A stretch of 51,531 nucleotides of DNA from Octopus bimaculoides (lineage: Eukaryota), in contig NC_068987.1 of the NCBI RefSeq assembly GCF_001194135.2, positions 63,134,460 to 63,185,990 on the forward strand, read 5' to 3'. Below the pieces are notes generated by a model, which searched no databases, had not been told where the DNA came from, and was given only the letters and a program-made list of their open reading frames with translations. This document shows, one piece after another, positions 24,330-37,031 of this stretch (positions within the stretch are counted from its first letter, which is position 1; each line of letters starts with the position of its first letter). A program made the position numbers and the translations under genes.

Positions 24330-24600
24330 GCTACTGTTATTATGTTTAGAGCTCCATGTAGATTTTCATAATCCAATCTGCTTTCTGTATAGTTGTTAAA
24401 CAATTTCTGTACTGAGTAGTGTTACCAGTTATGAGCTACAAAGCAATTGTAGGAAAAATAAGGGTAATCAGAAGTTTATTAAACTTCCTACACATGTTTC
24501 ACCAATATAGTTGTTTAGAGTCGTGCAATTGGTGCTCAATACATGTAGACGTTCAACCACAATGGATCCTTGGGGAACACTTTAATGTATCAAGTTACAG
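24330..24600 (-). mobile_element. GIY-YIG endonuclease remnant (Penelope-like)
   Basis: Minus-strand peptide ...NCTTLNNYIGET... carries a YIGET motif. Confidence 0.35.
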
Positions 24601-24649
24601 ACAACGATGGACATAGTTACCTCTGTGTATGTGTATGCATGTGTGAAGG

Positions 24650-24870
24650 TGCATGGTGTTGTGGTTAGGTAGTTGCACTCAGTCATGGGGTTGTGGTTTT
24701 GATTCCCAGACCAGCTGTGTGATGTGCTCTCGAGCAAAACACTTCATTCCATGCTGCTCCAGTCCACTCAGCTGTAAATGGGTAGCCCTGCAATGGACTG
24801 GCATTCTGTGCAAAGGGAATGTTGGCATACCTGTCTAGCCAGCAAGGTAGCATCATTTGAAAGCTAAAAT
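24650..24870 (+). mobile_element. tRNA-derived SINE, diverged
   Basis: gtggttagg...gattcccagacc head; ctccagtccactcagctgtaaatggg and ccctgcaatggactggc core. Confidence 0.7.
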
Positions 24871-24909
24871 AGTGTGAAACATACACACACACATGCACTC
24901 GTGCACACG

Positions 24910-24971
<62 letters not shown>

Positions 24972-26257
24972 GTATGTATGTGTGTGTGAATTAGAAGCAG
25001 CTTTTCTTTTAAAAATGTGATTGAAGATACTGTTGTATGTCCCACTTCTTTATAATTATCATTCTTGCAAATATAAGAAAAATAAGCACAATGGCTATGA
25101 GATGAAATAGTTGGTCATAAGATCAAATCTTACTACCATCATTATGCTGAATCAACCACCTTGTCTCACTGAACAAAAATAGGCTGTATTTTTATTTCAT
25201 TATAATACTAGATATACAGTTATTGTGCTTACTTTGTATTAATTATTTCTACTGGTTTAAAATACATAGATAACACCAGAACTTTTGTGTAGTCAAAACA
25301 TGAATATCATGAATTATATATAATCTACAGTAATCTATGTATTATTAACTGTATTTATCAGTGACGGCACATTGCCTAGACTCACTATAATAATATCCTT
25401 GGTTCAATTTCTGTACCAAGCAGTGCAATACATCCTTTGAGCAAGGTACTTCATTTCATGTTTCTCCAGTTTATTCAGTTGAAAATGAATATTAGTGGTG
25501 TTGGTGCTACCTTCAGTCCCACTAGCATCACATCCTCAATGCTCTGCTGAGTTGAGAAGTGTTTTATGTCTGCTTGTGACTATGTTGGTACCTAAAACAA
25601 TTTGCAAAAGCATAGTGAATGCTACCAAATAGTACTTACTTGTGAGTGACAACTAGGGTTTTAATAAATTTGTTTTTTATTGAGATATCTGTTGATGGTG
25701 GTTTCTGAAGTGTTAAGTGTTTTACTCATTTGTATGTTATCTGAATATAGATGGATTTCAGTTGTAATCCACTTGTTGATGTACAATGGAAGACTTAGAT
25801 ACTGTCATTTGTAGAAAAATGCATCAGTGAGGGAATAACAACAGTGCAAATGCTTAATAGAATCTATTGTTCAGCTCCATAAATGTGGGTATTTAGTGGT
25901 GAACTATGCTTGTTAATTTGTTAGATTAATCATTTTTATATTTACATATTTTTAATTCAATTTCTCTACACACCTGAGATTTTACATTTGCAGTCATCAT
26001 ATTGAGAGTTGTTTTTTAAAATTGATATAAAGTACTTTGTTGGTATACAAACATTTCCATTGTTGTTTAATAATTTCAGAATTTAGGATAAGTGTCAAGA
26101 ATGTGTAACTTGGATTATTAAAGTGATTTTAAGTTAATTACTTAAAAATTTATTGTATCTTGTTACTGCCACACTGTACTTGGCAAATTTGTGTCATTGC
26201 AATTGTATGTGTTTCAATTTATTATTAAAATATACCTATTTTTGTTTTCTGCTGCAG

Positions 26258-26281
26258 ACGGCAGATCAATGAAGAAATGCG
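26258..26281 (+). CDS. EXOC1: EXOC1 24-nt microexon (RQINEEM)
   Basis: tttgttttctgctgcag| acceptor and CG|gtaagt donor; phase 2-2; joins to give ERQINEEMRRMM, like the recalled invertebrate Sec3 RQINEEVRRMM. Confidence 0.88.
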
Positions 26282-27606
26282 GTAAGTACTTGGAATATCA
26301 GATACATTCTTCAGTATCAAGTATAGTCTGTTGTGTCAGATCCGCACGTAAATGCATTTCATGGGACTAGTGTAAAATGTCTTGCCAAAGGTTACCCTGG
26401 AAAGGAGACTTCTATGTCATCACTCAACCTTCTGAATGGAGTAGTCGATGTATCTGAACTAAACCATGCTGTTTTAAAATGGTTAAGAAAGCTACATGTG
26501 TAAAGTTCTAAAGTGGAATCAGCTTAAAAATTTACAATGGAAACTGAATGGCCATAGCTAGAAGTATTTGAATGCTTTGTTGAGTGGGCCACCTCCTTGT
26601 AGATGTCTTGAAGGAGAGGTAATTGTGACTGCTCAGCACCAACGATAACTAAAGCACATCGTCACGGTTGTTGCCACTATATTGTACAGTTATTCCTTAG
26701 CAAACAGGCACATCTACAACACTCCAGAATGCTATCTCTCTCATTCAGTTCTGCTAAACATAAGAAATTCACACAAAAAAGTGGCAACATCAAAAACTAT
26801 ATTTTCTCCAAATACTGTATTGGGATACATAGGACCAGTGATAAAAGCAGAGGAATAACATTTGGTATGTTTGAAAAGAGTTAATATCATCCATTTTTGG
26901 TATGGCCACCACTAGAATCTATAGACATATCAAAATAGATTGAACAGTGGATATCATGTTCAAACTCCAACACTGCACCACATACAGTTATCCACTGTCC
27001 ATTGGAATGTGCATTATGACCCTCTGGTGAAAATAATTGTGCATCTTAATGTCAAGGTGCAAGTTACCATTTTAATTGATAGAAATCAATAAAATAAAAA
27101 TCGGATTGAAATAATACTGGGATATATATCGTCTTCAATATAATAGCATGTCTTCAGTTACATTCCATAGTTAATGTTGTTTACTTCTTGATGTAAAGAT
27201 AAAACTAATAAAATAAAAATTTGTAAGATGAAAGAAGTGACAAACATTTAACAAAGAATATAGTTTTCACAGATGTTCTCCACAAGACTGTTCCTTTAGT
27301 TTTACCTGTGTGGATGTTATATCGTCTCAAGAATAAAATATTTATGAAAAACATGGCAATTTCGAAATATTATCTATTTCATGGTTCTCTATAAACTTCC
27401 AGCAAATCTTGTAGTTTTCAAAATAAACTTAGAATTTCAACAGGTATTTCTAGTCTCATATCCCAAAATATTTTTCATGTGAAGTATGTGTTAGGGGCTG
27501 TTACTACTATTTATTTACTTTGCACTAGTGTAGACAAATAGAACAAATTGTTTGATATTTCAATAATTATTAGGCTATTACAATTCTAAATGTATCGTTA
27601 TTTCAG

Positions 27607-27687
27607 ACGTATGATGACTGATTTATTCCCAAGCTTGGAAACTGAATTGGAAAATTTCATTACATTTGCGGACAAACTTGATGGATG
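27607..27687 (+). CDS. EXOC1: EXOC1 exon (RMMTDLFPSLETELENFITFADKLDG)
   Basis: tatttcag| acceptor and TG|gtaagt donor; 81 nt, phase 2-2. Confidence 0.94.
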
Positions 27688-27917
27688 GTAAGTCGATAAT
27701 TTTTGATTAAAAAAAAAAAGATATTCTAATCTATATTAACACTCTCTTACGTATTTTTACTAGTATTGTATTCTATTCCTTCACAAAGTGGATTACTCAG
27801 TTTGCTTAGTTGCAGCAAGTGGCACATAACACTTCAAGTTATGCAGTTAATTACAGAAAGCATCCGGCTATAAAATTACTTGTTCCAAAAATATGTAAAT
27901 ATTTTAAAAAGATGTAG

Positions 27918-27957
<40 letters not shown>

Positions 27958-28086
27958 TTGCCTTATCTTACCTTTGGGTTTCAACATATTCCTATGACTC
28001 ATAGGAATATCTTGGTCAATTTTATACATGGTAGAGCCCAACCCTCTTCAGGTGAGCATAGCCAGTTTCTTCTGGAGAACGTGGGG

Positions 28087-28134
<48 letters not shown>

Positions 28135-28949
28135 AAGACAGACGAATCAATCCTAGTAAGGACTGGGATTAATTTATTTATCAACTCCGAAGGGATAGTT
28201 AGTAAAGTCAACCTGAGTGGTATTTAAGCTCAGAGTTCAGAGAGCTAGAACAATTACTGCAAGGCTTATTTGACAATCTAATGATTTGACCAGTTTGCTT
28301 GTCATTCGAAGTTTTCTTTCCTCAGTCGAGTACCAGATTATCTTTGTAATTTCGGCTGATTATATATATACATATATGTGTGTGTGTATATATATATTTA
28401 TCATGGAAGGCAGACATTGAACGATGATGATGTTTCATCATCATACATCCTTTTCACCATATCCCTTTGTCCATGCTGACTTGGGTTTGACAGTTTAACA
28501 AGAACAGATGAGCCTGAGGCCAGGTTCTGTGTTTGCTTTGGTATGGTTTCTACAGTTAGAAGCCCTTCCTACAACTGGAAACCCCTTTAACAGCTTGAAA
28601 CCCGTCCATTTAACAGAGTGTATTAGGTGCTTTTTACATGACACCAGCACTGGTGAGGTCATCAAGTACCTGCAAGATAAAACACCTCAACTGAGCAGGG
28701 TAAGGACTGGAGAAAGAAACTATGATAATAGGAGAAGGGCAGATGTCTTCTGAAGAGGTGAATACATGGCTTGCCCACCTGGAAAGTGAGAGAGAGAGAG
28801 AGCGAAAGAGATTTCAGGTCTAGGTACAATGTGAATATGAGAGAGAATAGAAAGTGTACTGAGAGAAAACAGATGATTAGAGATAAGGAATGAGTTGGAC
28901 ACAGAGGATATCAGTTCAGTGCAGTGGGGAGTGATGAATATAGAAAATG

Positions 28950-29165
28950 AATTATGGGAGAAGGCTTGACAGAACTTCTATTCTACTGAGATGGACAGAT
29001 CTCCTCAAGCACAGTGTAACGCTGTTCATCTCTGTCTCCAATTTCTCCTCTGAGAGGTCAGTCTTCTCCACTTCAACCCACATTTTCCTAGGTCTAACTC
29101 TTCTACATGCTCCTTCCATGTTTAGTGATTGGTACTTCATGCAACTTCTGTTAGAAGCTTGTGAA
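28950..29165 (-). mobile_element. RTE LINE ORF C-terminal fragment
   Basis: Peptide SLNMEGACRRVRPRKMWVEVEKTDL resembles the RTE VEGxxGRGRPRKTWxEVVxxDL motif. Confidence 0.7.
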
Positions 29166-30099
29166 ACTTTAAGTCACATGGGAATGGACCAAACTGACTG
29201 CCTTAAATAATAAATAGCAGTACCCATGGAAATTCCACGGTAAATGGGAAATTTTTTAGATGGCTGTAAGTTTATATCAAGACATAAAAATTAGCATTCC
29301 TTTATAAATTGTATATTCTGCATAATTTTCATTTAAAAACACCTTTCATTTCTTCTGGATAAGACTGTAATTGAAAGAGCATGAATTTCCCAAACTCTCA
29401 GAAGTTCAGAGGTTCATTTATAAATCTAAAGGCTTCACAATGATTAGAGAATATTCATGTCATTAATGTAACTTTTGACTGTATGTTTACAGGTTTTTTC
29501 TTTTGGTTGTTCTCTCTGATTTACATTTTATATTCCAGCTTGAATACGTCCTCTTATCTGTTGTAAATACGCACTCTATACCCTTTGATTCATATTTTCC
29601 CTTCTACACACTGATGCTCCTGTGCTTGTTCTAGTGTTTTGACCCTCTGCTTGTCTTTTCATTATTGCCTATTCGGTTTTATTCCTTCTGTTGTTAGCTT
29701 ACATCATCTGTCATCTATATTTTATCCACAAATATCAATTTTCAAGTGAGCAGACGATCGATAATTGCACTTATGTGTATGCTTTAAGTGATAAGTGATA
29801 TAAAAAATTTAGTTCAATCAAAAAAAAAAAAAGAAATTACACTTTTCATTATCCACTCACCACTGTCACCTTCACCACCACCACCACCACTACCACCACC
29901 ACCATCACCACTATCATCATCATCGTCTCTCTTTCTAACCTCACCATCAGAACATCACCCCTCTGGTAAAAATATATTTCTAACTCTCCTCCACATCACT
30001 ACCTTCAACTAACTTTTTTATCCATGTAATTATTATTATGTTCCCCCTACCTCATGTCATGGACGCTTCTCTCTCCCTCTTTAGTGTTTAGCACTTATT

Positions 30100-31249
30100 T
30101 CAGTTCAATGTGACCATCATTTGCTTTCTGTAACAGTTCAATCCATTAATGAAATGATGTGCATGTCTTAACTATTTCTTTCTTTTACATTTCACTGAAT
30201 GCTCGCTTGATGTAAGCCTTCAGAGAAGACATACAGTTGTGAGAAGTTGTGTTGGATACTTCTGCAGCTGGGCTCCGTAGCCAAAACTCACACTGATTCA
30301 AATCTTACAAGCTAGAGGGCCAAATATCTTTAGGGACAAACATGGGCAATTCCTTCTTCAAAAATTCTTGCACTCTTTTTGAAGAATGGGCTGGTGCAGA
30401 GTCCTGTACAAACATAACCCAACTTGCATCATAATGCTTCCCAATCCAAGGCAACAAAACTTCTAAGATTTTGAGATACTCTGCTGTGTTGATTTTAAGA
30501 CCTGCTTCAATAAAATGGAGAGGCATCAATTTCCCATCACTTGCAACAGCTCCAAAGACCATAATGGAAGCTGGATTCTTGCTATGCATAGCTGAAGGAA
30601 CTTAGGAAGGGTTGTACACTGTCACTCATGAGTTTTGATGGTTTGCAACTTTGTCTATCATGAAAATCTTTTCATCCACAAAAATGCGGACGTCTCCACC
30701 ACGATGTTTCAGATGACTAAGAAGTTTGGGACGTTTTTCAGCTCAAATGGCTTTGGAGCATGTTACAGTGTTTCCTCACATACGATTTCATATGGAAGTC
30801 TTATCTCACAGCCCCAGAAACGATTGTTTTACTGATTCTTTGATCTTGAGCCAACTTAGATATTGATTTTGATGGGTTTGACTCAATCGATCTTTCAAAT
30901 CCTGTTAAGAAGTGAGATGTGCGTTTTTGGTTACTACAAGGACTGTGAGGCTTTCTTTGGACATCCTGACTTTTCTTCAAATTGGCTACAACTTTAAAAA
31001 CAGTAGATTTGACATACTTTGTGGTTCTAACAATCTCCCCAGCACATTTGCCCATGCGGAATAACTCAGCAATTACACTTCTACAGTTTAATTCTGTATT
31101 AACATTTATAGTTTGTTCAACCCAAAGTATAAAATAGTACAAGTGATTATTCAAGTTGGTAATATTTAAAATTTAGTCTCCAACAAAATCTATACAATTA
31201 GAAATATACCCATTTGAAATTTGTGCCATTTTACCTATTACGCCCTGTA
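30100..31249 (-). mobile_element. Decayed Tc1/mariner transposon, DD37D (maT)-like
   Basis: Minus-strand peptides: HTH region (ELFRMGK..EI...KSTVFKV), RIFVDEKIF, NPASIMVFGAVASDG, FVQDSAPAHSSK, IWPSSL*DLNQCE; 5' TIR-like TA|CAGGGCGTAATAGG; several stops; no 3' TIR found. Confidence 0.85.
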
Positions 31250-31427
31250 TATATAAGGAACTTTATCTTGAGGTTTGATGACAACAAGTCTCTTCAGATC
31301 TCAAGAATCTTTCTGAGGATTCTTGCTGAATATAAGGGGGTACTTTTCTGTTAGTCAACAATGTGAGTCTCAGATACAGCCACTTTCAATCCCTTACTAA
31401 CTACTTTTTTGTCTTTTTTTTTTGCAG

Positions 31428-31554
31428 CAACTCCATGTATATGTTGGTGCGTATGAGCCAACATGTGATTAACACGCAGGATGCTGGTTCCTTCTTAAGC
31501 ATGACATTTGCTAATTGCCTTGTCAAGACCAAACGTAACTTTGATCGTTTCATT
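31428..31554 (+). CDS. EXOC1: EXOC1 exon (NSMYMLVRMSQHVINTQDAGSFLSMTFANCLVKTKRNFDRFI)
   Basis: poly-T tgcag| acceptor and ATT|gtaagt donor; 127 nt, phase 2-0. Confidence 0.96.
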
Positions 31555-31679
31555 GTAAGTGAAAAAAACAAAAAAAAACAAAGACTACTCATAGTTCAAT
31601 TACTTTCAGTAATTAGACTGATCACAAATTTGACCCAAATGTAAAACCTTTATATATAGGTGATTTTTCTAAATTTCAG

Positions 31680-31763
31680 CAAAACAAGATCACTGCCATC
31701 AAAGAAAGCAAGATCTCCAAGAAAAACAAGTGTGGCATCATCAATTTTGTTTCTGATTTTGAT
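31680..31763 (+). CDS. EXOC1: EXOC1 exon (QNKITAIKESKISKKNKCGIINFVSDFD)
   Basis: aatttcag| acceptor and GAT|gtgagt donor; 84 nt, phase 0-0. Confidence 0.95.
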
Positions 31764-32175
31764 GTGAGTATTTTAATTTGTTTGTTGTTCATGTACTGTC
31801 ATTTTTTTTCTCTGTATGTCTGTGTGTGTGTGTTTCTTTTTGTTAAAATAATTAGGTATGCGTGGTTGTGTGTTTAACAAGCTCACATGGTTTCAGGTTC
31901 AGTCCCACTGCATAATACCTTGGGCAAGTATCTTCTACTATATCCCTGGGCTGTAGTTTCAATTTACAGACCAGCTGTGCATTGTGTTTTTGAGCAAAAC
32001 TCTTCATTTCACATTGTTCCAACTCAAGGCGATGCTGGGCACAGGTGCCATCACGATTTCGCTTTCGCTTGCCCCAACAAGTTTTCGCAAGCTGAGTTTC
32101 GTGTCCAATGAAGGAGACGATGTTGGCATGGGTGCCAGTTGTCGAATTTAACTAGATTTCGATTTCACTTGCAAG

Positions 32176-32400
32176 GGTGAGATAAATGGTGAGCTGGCAG
32201 AATTACCAGTATGCCTGGCAAAATGTTTAACAGCATTTTGTCTGTCTTCATGTTCTGAGTTCAGATACTGCCAGGGTTGACTTTGACTTTCATCCTTTTG
32301 AGGTTGATAGAATAAGTATCAGTTGAACGCTGGGGTCGATGTGTTCAACTTATCCCCACCCCTGAAATTGCTGGCTCTGTGCCAAAATTTGAAACCAATT
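32176..32400 (+). mobile_element. SINE A
   Basis: gagctggcagaat...ctgagttcag...ttcatccttttgaggttgatagaataagtatcag. Confidence 0.75.
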
Positions 32401-32513
32401 AATAGCATTAGTTTGATGAAGAATTGTTTGATTAACATTTTAGCAATGATTGATTATCTTGATTTTATTGTGTGGATTGCTATCTGAGATTTAAGAACCA
32501 AAACCTCTCCATT

Positions 32514-33138
32514 TTAACCCTTTAGTATTTAAACTGGCCATATCAGGCCCAAATAATCTACCTGTTTTATGTTCAAATTGACCAGACCAAGCCTCTCACA
32601 ACTACCCTACTTTGTCATTTTTAAAATACACAATCACATCATCAAAATCTCAAAACTCTGAGATAATGTATGATTAATTCAAAACAGTGGAGGCGCAATG
32701 GCCCAGTGGTTAGGGCAGTGAACTCGTGGTCATAGGATCGCGGTTTCGATTCCCAGACCGGGCGTTGTGAGTGTTTATTGAGCGAAAACACTTAAAGCTC
32801 CACGAGGCTTCGGCAGGGGATGGTGGCGAACCCTGCTGTACTTTTTCACCACAATTTTCTCTCACTCTTTCTTCCTGTTTCTGTTGTGCCTGTAATTCAA
32901 AGGGTCAGCCTTGTCACACAGTGTCACGCTGAGTATCCCCGAGAACTACGTTAAGGGTACACGTGTCTGTGGAGTGCTCAGCCACTTGCACGTTAATTTC
33001 ACGAACAGGCTGTTCTGTTGATCGGATCAACTAGAACCCTTGACGTCGTAAGCAACGGAGTGCCAACAACAACAATTCAAAACAATGTGAATAAGTAAGC
33101 ATTATGTTTGACAGAGTAATCTAAATGCTAAAGGATTA
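32514..33138 (-). mobile_element. TTAA-flanked piggyBac-like MITE split by a SINE insertion
   Basis: ttaaccctttag...atgctaaaggattaa termini; the uninterrupted copy at 6518-6774 shows the empty site. Confidence 0.75.
32689..33073 (+). mobile_element. Full-length tRNA-derived SINE (family C) with (CAA)n tail and 13-bp TSD
   Basis: A box tggcccagtgg, B box ggtttcgattccc; TSD aattcaaaaca(g/a)t at 32676-32688 and 33074-33086. Confidence 0.9.
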
Positions 33139-33323
33139 AAGATGGATACAAATGTAGTAGAAGACACTAGCCCAAGATACCATGCAGTGCCACTGAATCT
33201 GAAGCCATATGGTTGCAAAGCAAGCTTCCTAAATATGCGTTTAATTTAAATCAGACATTTTTCAGGAATGTCATTGTTTATTTTGCTGTACATTTCTAAT
33301 TGACCTTTCTGTTATATATTTAG

Positions 33324-33477
33324 GAATTTGCAAAACAAGCTGAGATAATATTCAAAGGTTCTGACAGACGTGCCGATTTGGAAAAAGCCTATTGTAAATT
33401 AGTTCATACAATATCTGATGAAATAGTACGTGTTGCCAAGGAACATCAAAAGACGCCTGAACATGTCATATACATGG
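33324..33477 (+). CDS. EXOC1: EXOC1 exon (EFAKQAEIIFKGSDRRADLEKAYCKLVHTISDEIVRVAKEHQKTPEHVIYM)
   Basis: tatttag| acceptor and G|gtaggt donor; 154 nt, phase 0-1. Confidence 0.95.
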
Positions 33478-34764
33478 GTAGGTATTGATTGCTCTCTCTT
33501 GGACTAATTTGATTTTATTAACGATCATAATTGGTGAACTTGTTGTTATGTTAGTATACTGTTTGATTTTCTATTATAAATGGTAAGCTGAAATGATATT
33601 TATAAATCCAGTGAGGAAGCATATATAGAGTTACTAGGTCTGCTAGTAGAGGAGCTAAACCTCATTAAAGAAAATCTTCCAATTTATATGAAATAATTAA
33701 GATTTTAATCTAAATCCCACGAGACATTATAATCACCAATTTGTGAAAAAAAAAAAAAAAAAAAAAAAGAAAATCAGGCCCATTAGTAGAATTTGAACAT
33801 ACTTATGTATCACTTATCATCATCACCATCATTATCATCATCATCATCATCCTTTAACATCTGTTTTCCATGCTGGCATGGGTTGGATGGTGTGACCATA
33901 GCCGGAGAGCTGTACTAAGATCTACTCTGATTTGGCTTGGTTTCTATGCCTGGATACCCTTCTTAATGCCAACCACTTTACAGTGTGTGTTGGGTGCTTT
34001 TAATGTGACACTGCATTAGCACTTCTATGTGGCTCTGGCACGAGTGCTTGAGTGCTTGCTACATGGCACTGGCACAAGTGCTTTTTATGTGACACCAGTA
34101 CACACTATCATATTATCAGTTACACAAATTACTGGGCTACAGGTGATGATATTGTCATTCCCTCTGTCAACAAATTATCCACCTGCTCTGTGCCTTTGAA
34201 AACATTTGGAACAAGAGGTCTCTTATTTGGAAAGCAGGTAGGAGTTACCAACAGGAAGTTGAAAAAAATAAGTACTTGTCAATAATGGGGATCAGTTAGA
34301 TCAATCATTCTCTCCTTCAAGATTTGCAGTCATATACCACTTTATAAATAGTTGCAGTGAGCTTGGTGTTATAAGTCCAGGGCTAGAGTAGATCCCTGCT
34401 GTGACTCATTTCTGTGCTTAATCCCTTTGGAGTTGATTTTGGCTTATTGTTCCTTCAGTGTTAATAAAATAGCTACAAATCCAGGATACATCATTCAATT
34501 ATATTCCTACCTGTTACAAACAGTGCCATGTAGCTAGGTTTATTGATGAAATCATTATTATTGCAGTTCATAAAAGGCAGTAGATTAACAAAATCAGTAG
34601 AGTGATGGATAAAATGCCTTGAAGTATTTTGTTAGATTTATTACATTGTGAGTTCAAATCCATTCAACATCGACATTGCTTTTCATCTTTTTTTATGTTG
34701 ATAAAATTAACCCAATCAAATATAAGAAGGGATTTAATTGATTGTCTTTGTTTTTCTGTTGCAG

Positions 34765-34785
34765 AAAATTACCACCGAATGAATT
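34765..34785 (+). CDS. EXOC1: EXOC1 21-nt microexon (ENYHRMN)
   Basis: tttttctgttgcag| acceptor and T|gtgagt donor; phase 1-1; supplies the MENxH motif of EXOC1. Confidence 0.9.
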
Positions 34786-35097
34786 GTGAGTATAAATATT
34801 TATTTCACTCTCTCTCCAACATATTTTAGTCTAATATCATTTCTAAAACTGTTTGCTTTGAAATTTTAGTTTTTGTATTAGATGGTAAACAACAGTGTTA
34901 TTAGTTACATGTTTCCAATGAAACTAATCTCCGGTTTGAGCGATAAAGGAGCGTTTATACCTCAGTACATAACAGATACTACTAAGGACTTTGAAGAATA
35001 CTTAATTTTTGGCTTTCTTAATAATGTTTCGTTTTTTATTGATATCAGTGAAAGATGTTCACATACATATACACAGGCACACACATGCACATAAAGC

Positions 35098-35377
35098 GTC
35101 TTCTACTATAGTCTCGGGCCAACCAAAGTCTTGTGAGTGAATTTGGTAGATGGAAACTGAAAGAAGTCCATTATGTTTGTGTGTCTGTGTTTGCCCCTCC
35201 ATCATTGCTTGACAACCGATGTTGGTGTGTTTATGACCCTGTAACTTAGCGGTTCGGCAAAAGTGACCGATAGAATAAGTACTAGGCTTGCAAAGAATAG
35301 GTCCCGGGGTTGATTTGTTCGACTAAAGGCGGTGCTCCAGCATGGCCACAGTCAAATGACAAACATATAAAAGAATA
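35098..35377 (+). mobile_element. SINE B, 5'-truncated
   Basis: cttctactatag...gaaactgaaagaag...taaaggcggtgctccagcatggcc tail. Confidence 0.75.
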
Positions 35378-35384
35378 TGTGTGT

Positions 35385-35710
35385 GTGAGGGAAGATGCGT
35401 GGCTTAGTGGTGGTATTCAACTTACAATTGTAAGGTTGTGAGTTTTATTCCCAGGCAGTATGTTGTGTCCTTGAGAAAGACACTTTATTTCATGTTGCTC
35501 CACTCCACTTGGCTGGCAAAAATGAGTTGTACCTATAATTCAAAGGGAAAGCCTCATCACATTCTGTGTCATGCTGAATCTCTCTGAGAACTATGTTAAG
35601 GATACATGTGTCTGTGGAGTGCTCAGCTACTTGCACGTTAATTTCATGAGCAGGCTGTTCTGTTGGTTGGATCATCAGGAACCCTCATTGTCATAACCAA
35701 TGAAGTGCCA
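35385..35710 (+). mobile_element. SINE sharing the family C tail
   Basis: taattcaaaggg...gtgtctgtggagtgctcagc...ttaatttcatgagcaggctg, as in the 32689 copy. Confidence 0.7.
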
Positions 35711-35895
35711 GTTTTAGTTTTTATATATATATCTCCCTCTTTCATTCCCTTTTACTCACTATATCACTCCGTATGTATGTATGTACATACATACTGCTCA
35801 CAGATATTTTTGAAAATAGATCTTCAAAACAACAGAAGAAAATTATTTTTACTTTGCTCTATAGTTTTCTTAAATTTATTCATTCGTCTTTGTAG

Positions 35896-36020
35896 CCATT
35901 TTGTCGCGGCTTAAAATATCTTGCTTGGAAAGTGAAAAGAAAGACTTCAAACAAAAATATCTGGAGAGTCTACACAAGTATACAACATCACTGCTTGGCC
36001 GACCACTAGAGAAGATTCAC
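35896..36020 (+). CDS. EXOC1: EXOC1 exon ([41 protein letters not shown])
   Basis: ctttgtag| acceptor and CAC|gtatgt donor; 125 nt, phase 1-0; [10 protein letters not shown] motif. Confidence 0.96.
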
Positions 36021-37031
36021 GTATGTCTCATTTTAACATATTAACTCTCCTCCTTGTGAGGTTCACTATGTTTCACCTTTCCATTGCACTTCTTCTTCAA
36101 ACTGTTGCCTTCTGAAATTCTTTTCTCACCTATGTTTTTCCTGTAAATATTCACTTACAAGTATCCAGACTGAACTTCAATGACTTTAATCTCTCTTACT
36201 TGGGAGAAAACACTTTGGACAATATAGTCAATGGGGAACTATGCCTGAAAGATGTCTCGAGTGTTATGACTGGAATGCTTTTGATCAGGACCACGTTGGG
36301 GCCAGTCAGCAACTGCTTAATAATCCTTTCTACTATTGGCTCAAAGCCTGAAATTTGGAAGGAGGGGACTAGGGGACTAGTTGATTACATTGACTCCAGT
36401 GTTTCACTGGAATTTAATTTATCAACTTTGAAAGGATGAAAGGCAAAGTTAACCTTGGCGAAATTTGAACTCAGAACATGAAGACAGATGAAATACTGTT
36501 AAGCATTTTTCCCAGTCTGAGGACTGAGTTTGGGAACAGAATTGTTGTTTCTTGTTTCAAGGTTCCATGATGTGTATTCTGTTACTGCTTGCTAGGATAT
36601 TTGATGTTGAAATGTTCAGTCCAACTAAATTCAATAAAACCTTGAGGTGGTACAAATCACTTCTGTTTATAGTTGTAGTACTGTATAATTGATGGGGTTT
36701 TGAAGTGCTGATATAAGATATGAGTGTGGTTTGGAGAGACAGGCTCTTTCAGTTTTACATGCCAAATACTGATATATGGTTATGAACTGTCTGACTTGGC
36801 TCTACAGTCTATAAGTTTAAGAGAATCACTTTTTAACATGCACAAAAATAATGTAAAAAACTTTTGAAAAAATTAATTGTTTTTGTTATAAAAAGTACTG
36901 AAATTTGAATAGATTATTTTATAGTGAAGAAGAAAATTCTAACAATTTGATTAAGACCCTTTGTTGGAATGAGATGAAATATTTGTTAATTTTGTTACAG
37001 TATTCAACTTTTGTGTATTTCAATTTTACAG

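Noticed and set aside
31262-31330. Minus-strand CTGAAGA-GAC-loop-GTC hammerhead-like motif with adjacent hairpin
   Set aside because: GAAA and stem III are missing; too degenerate to support.
32689-32760. tRNA-like A/B boxes
   Set aside because: This is a SINE head continuing into SINE body and TSD, not a tRNA gene; the same applies to other heads.
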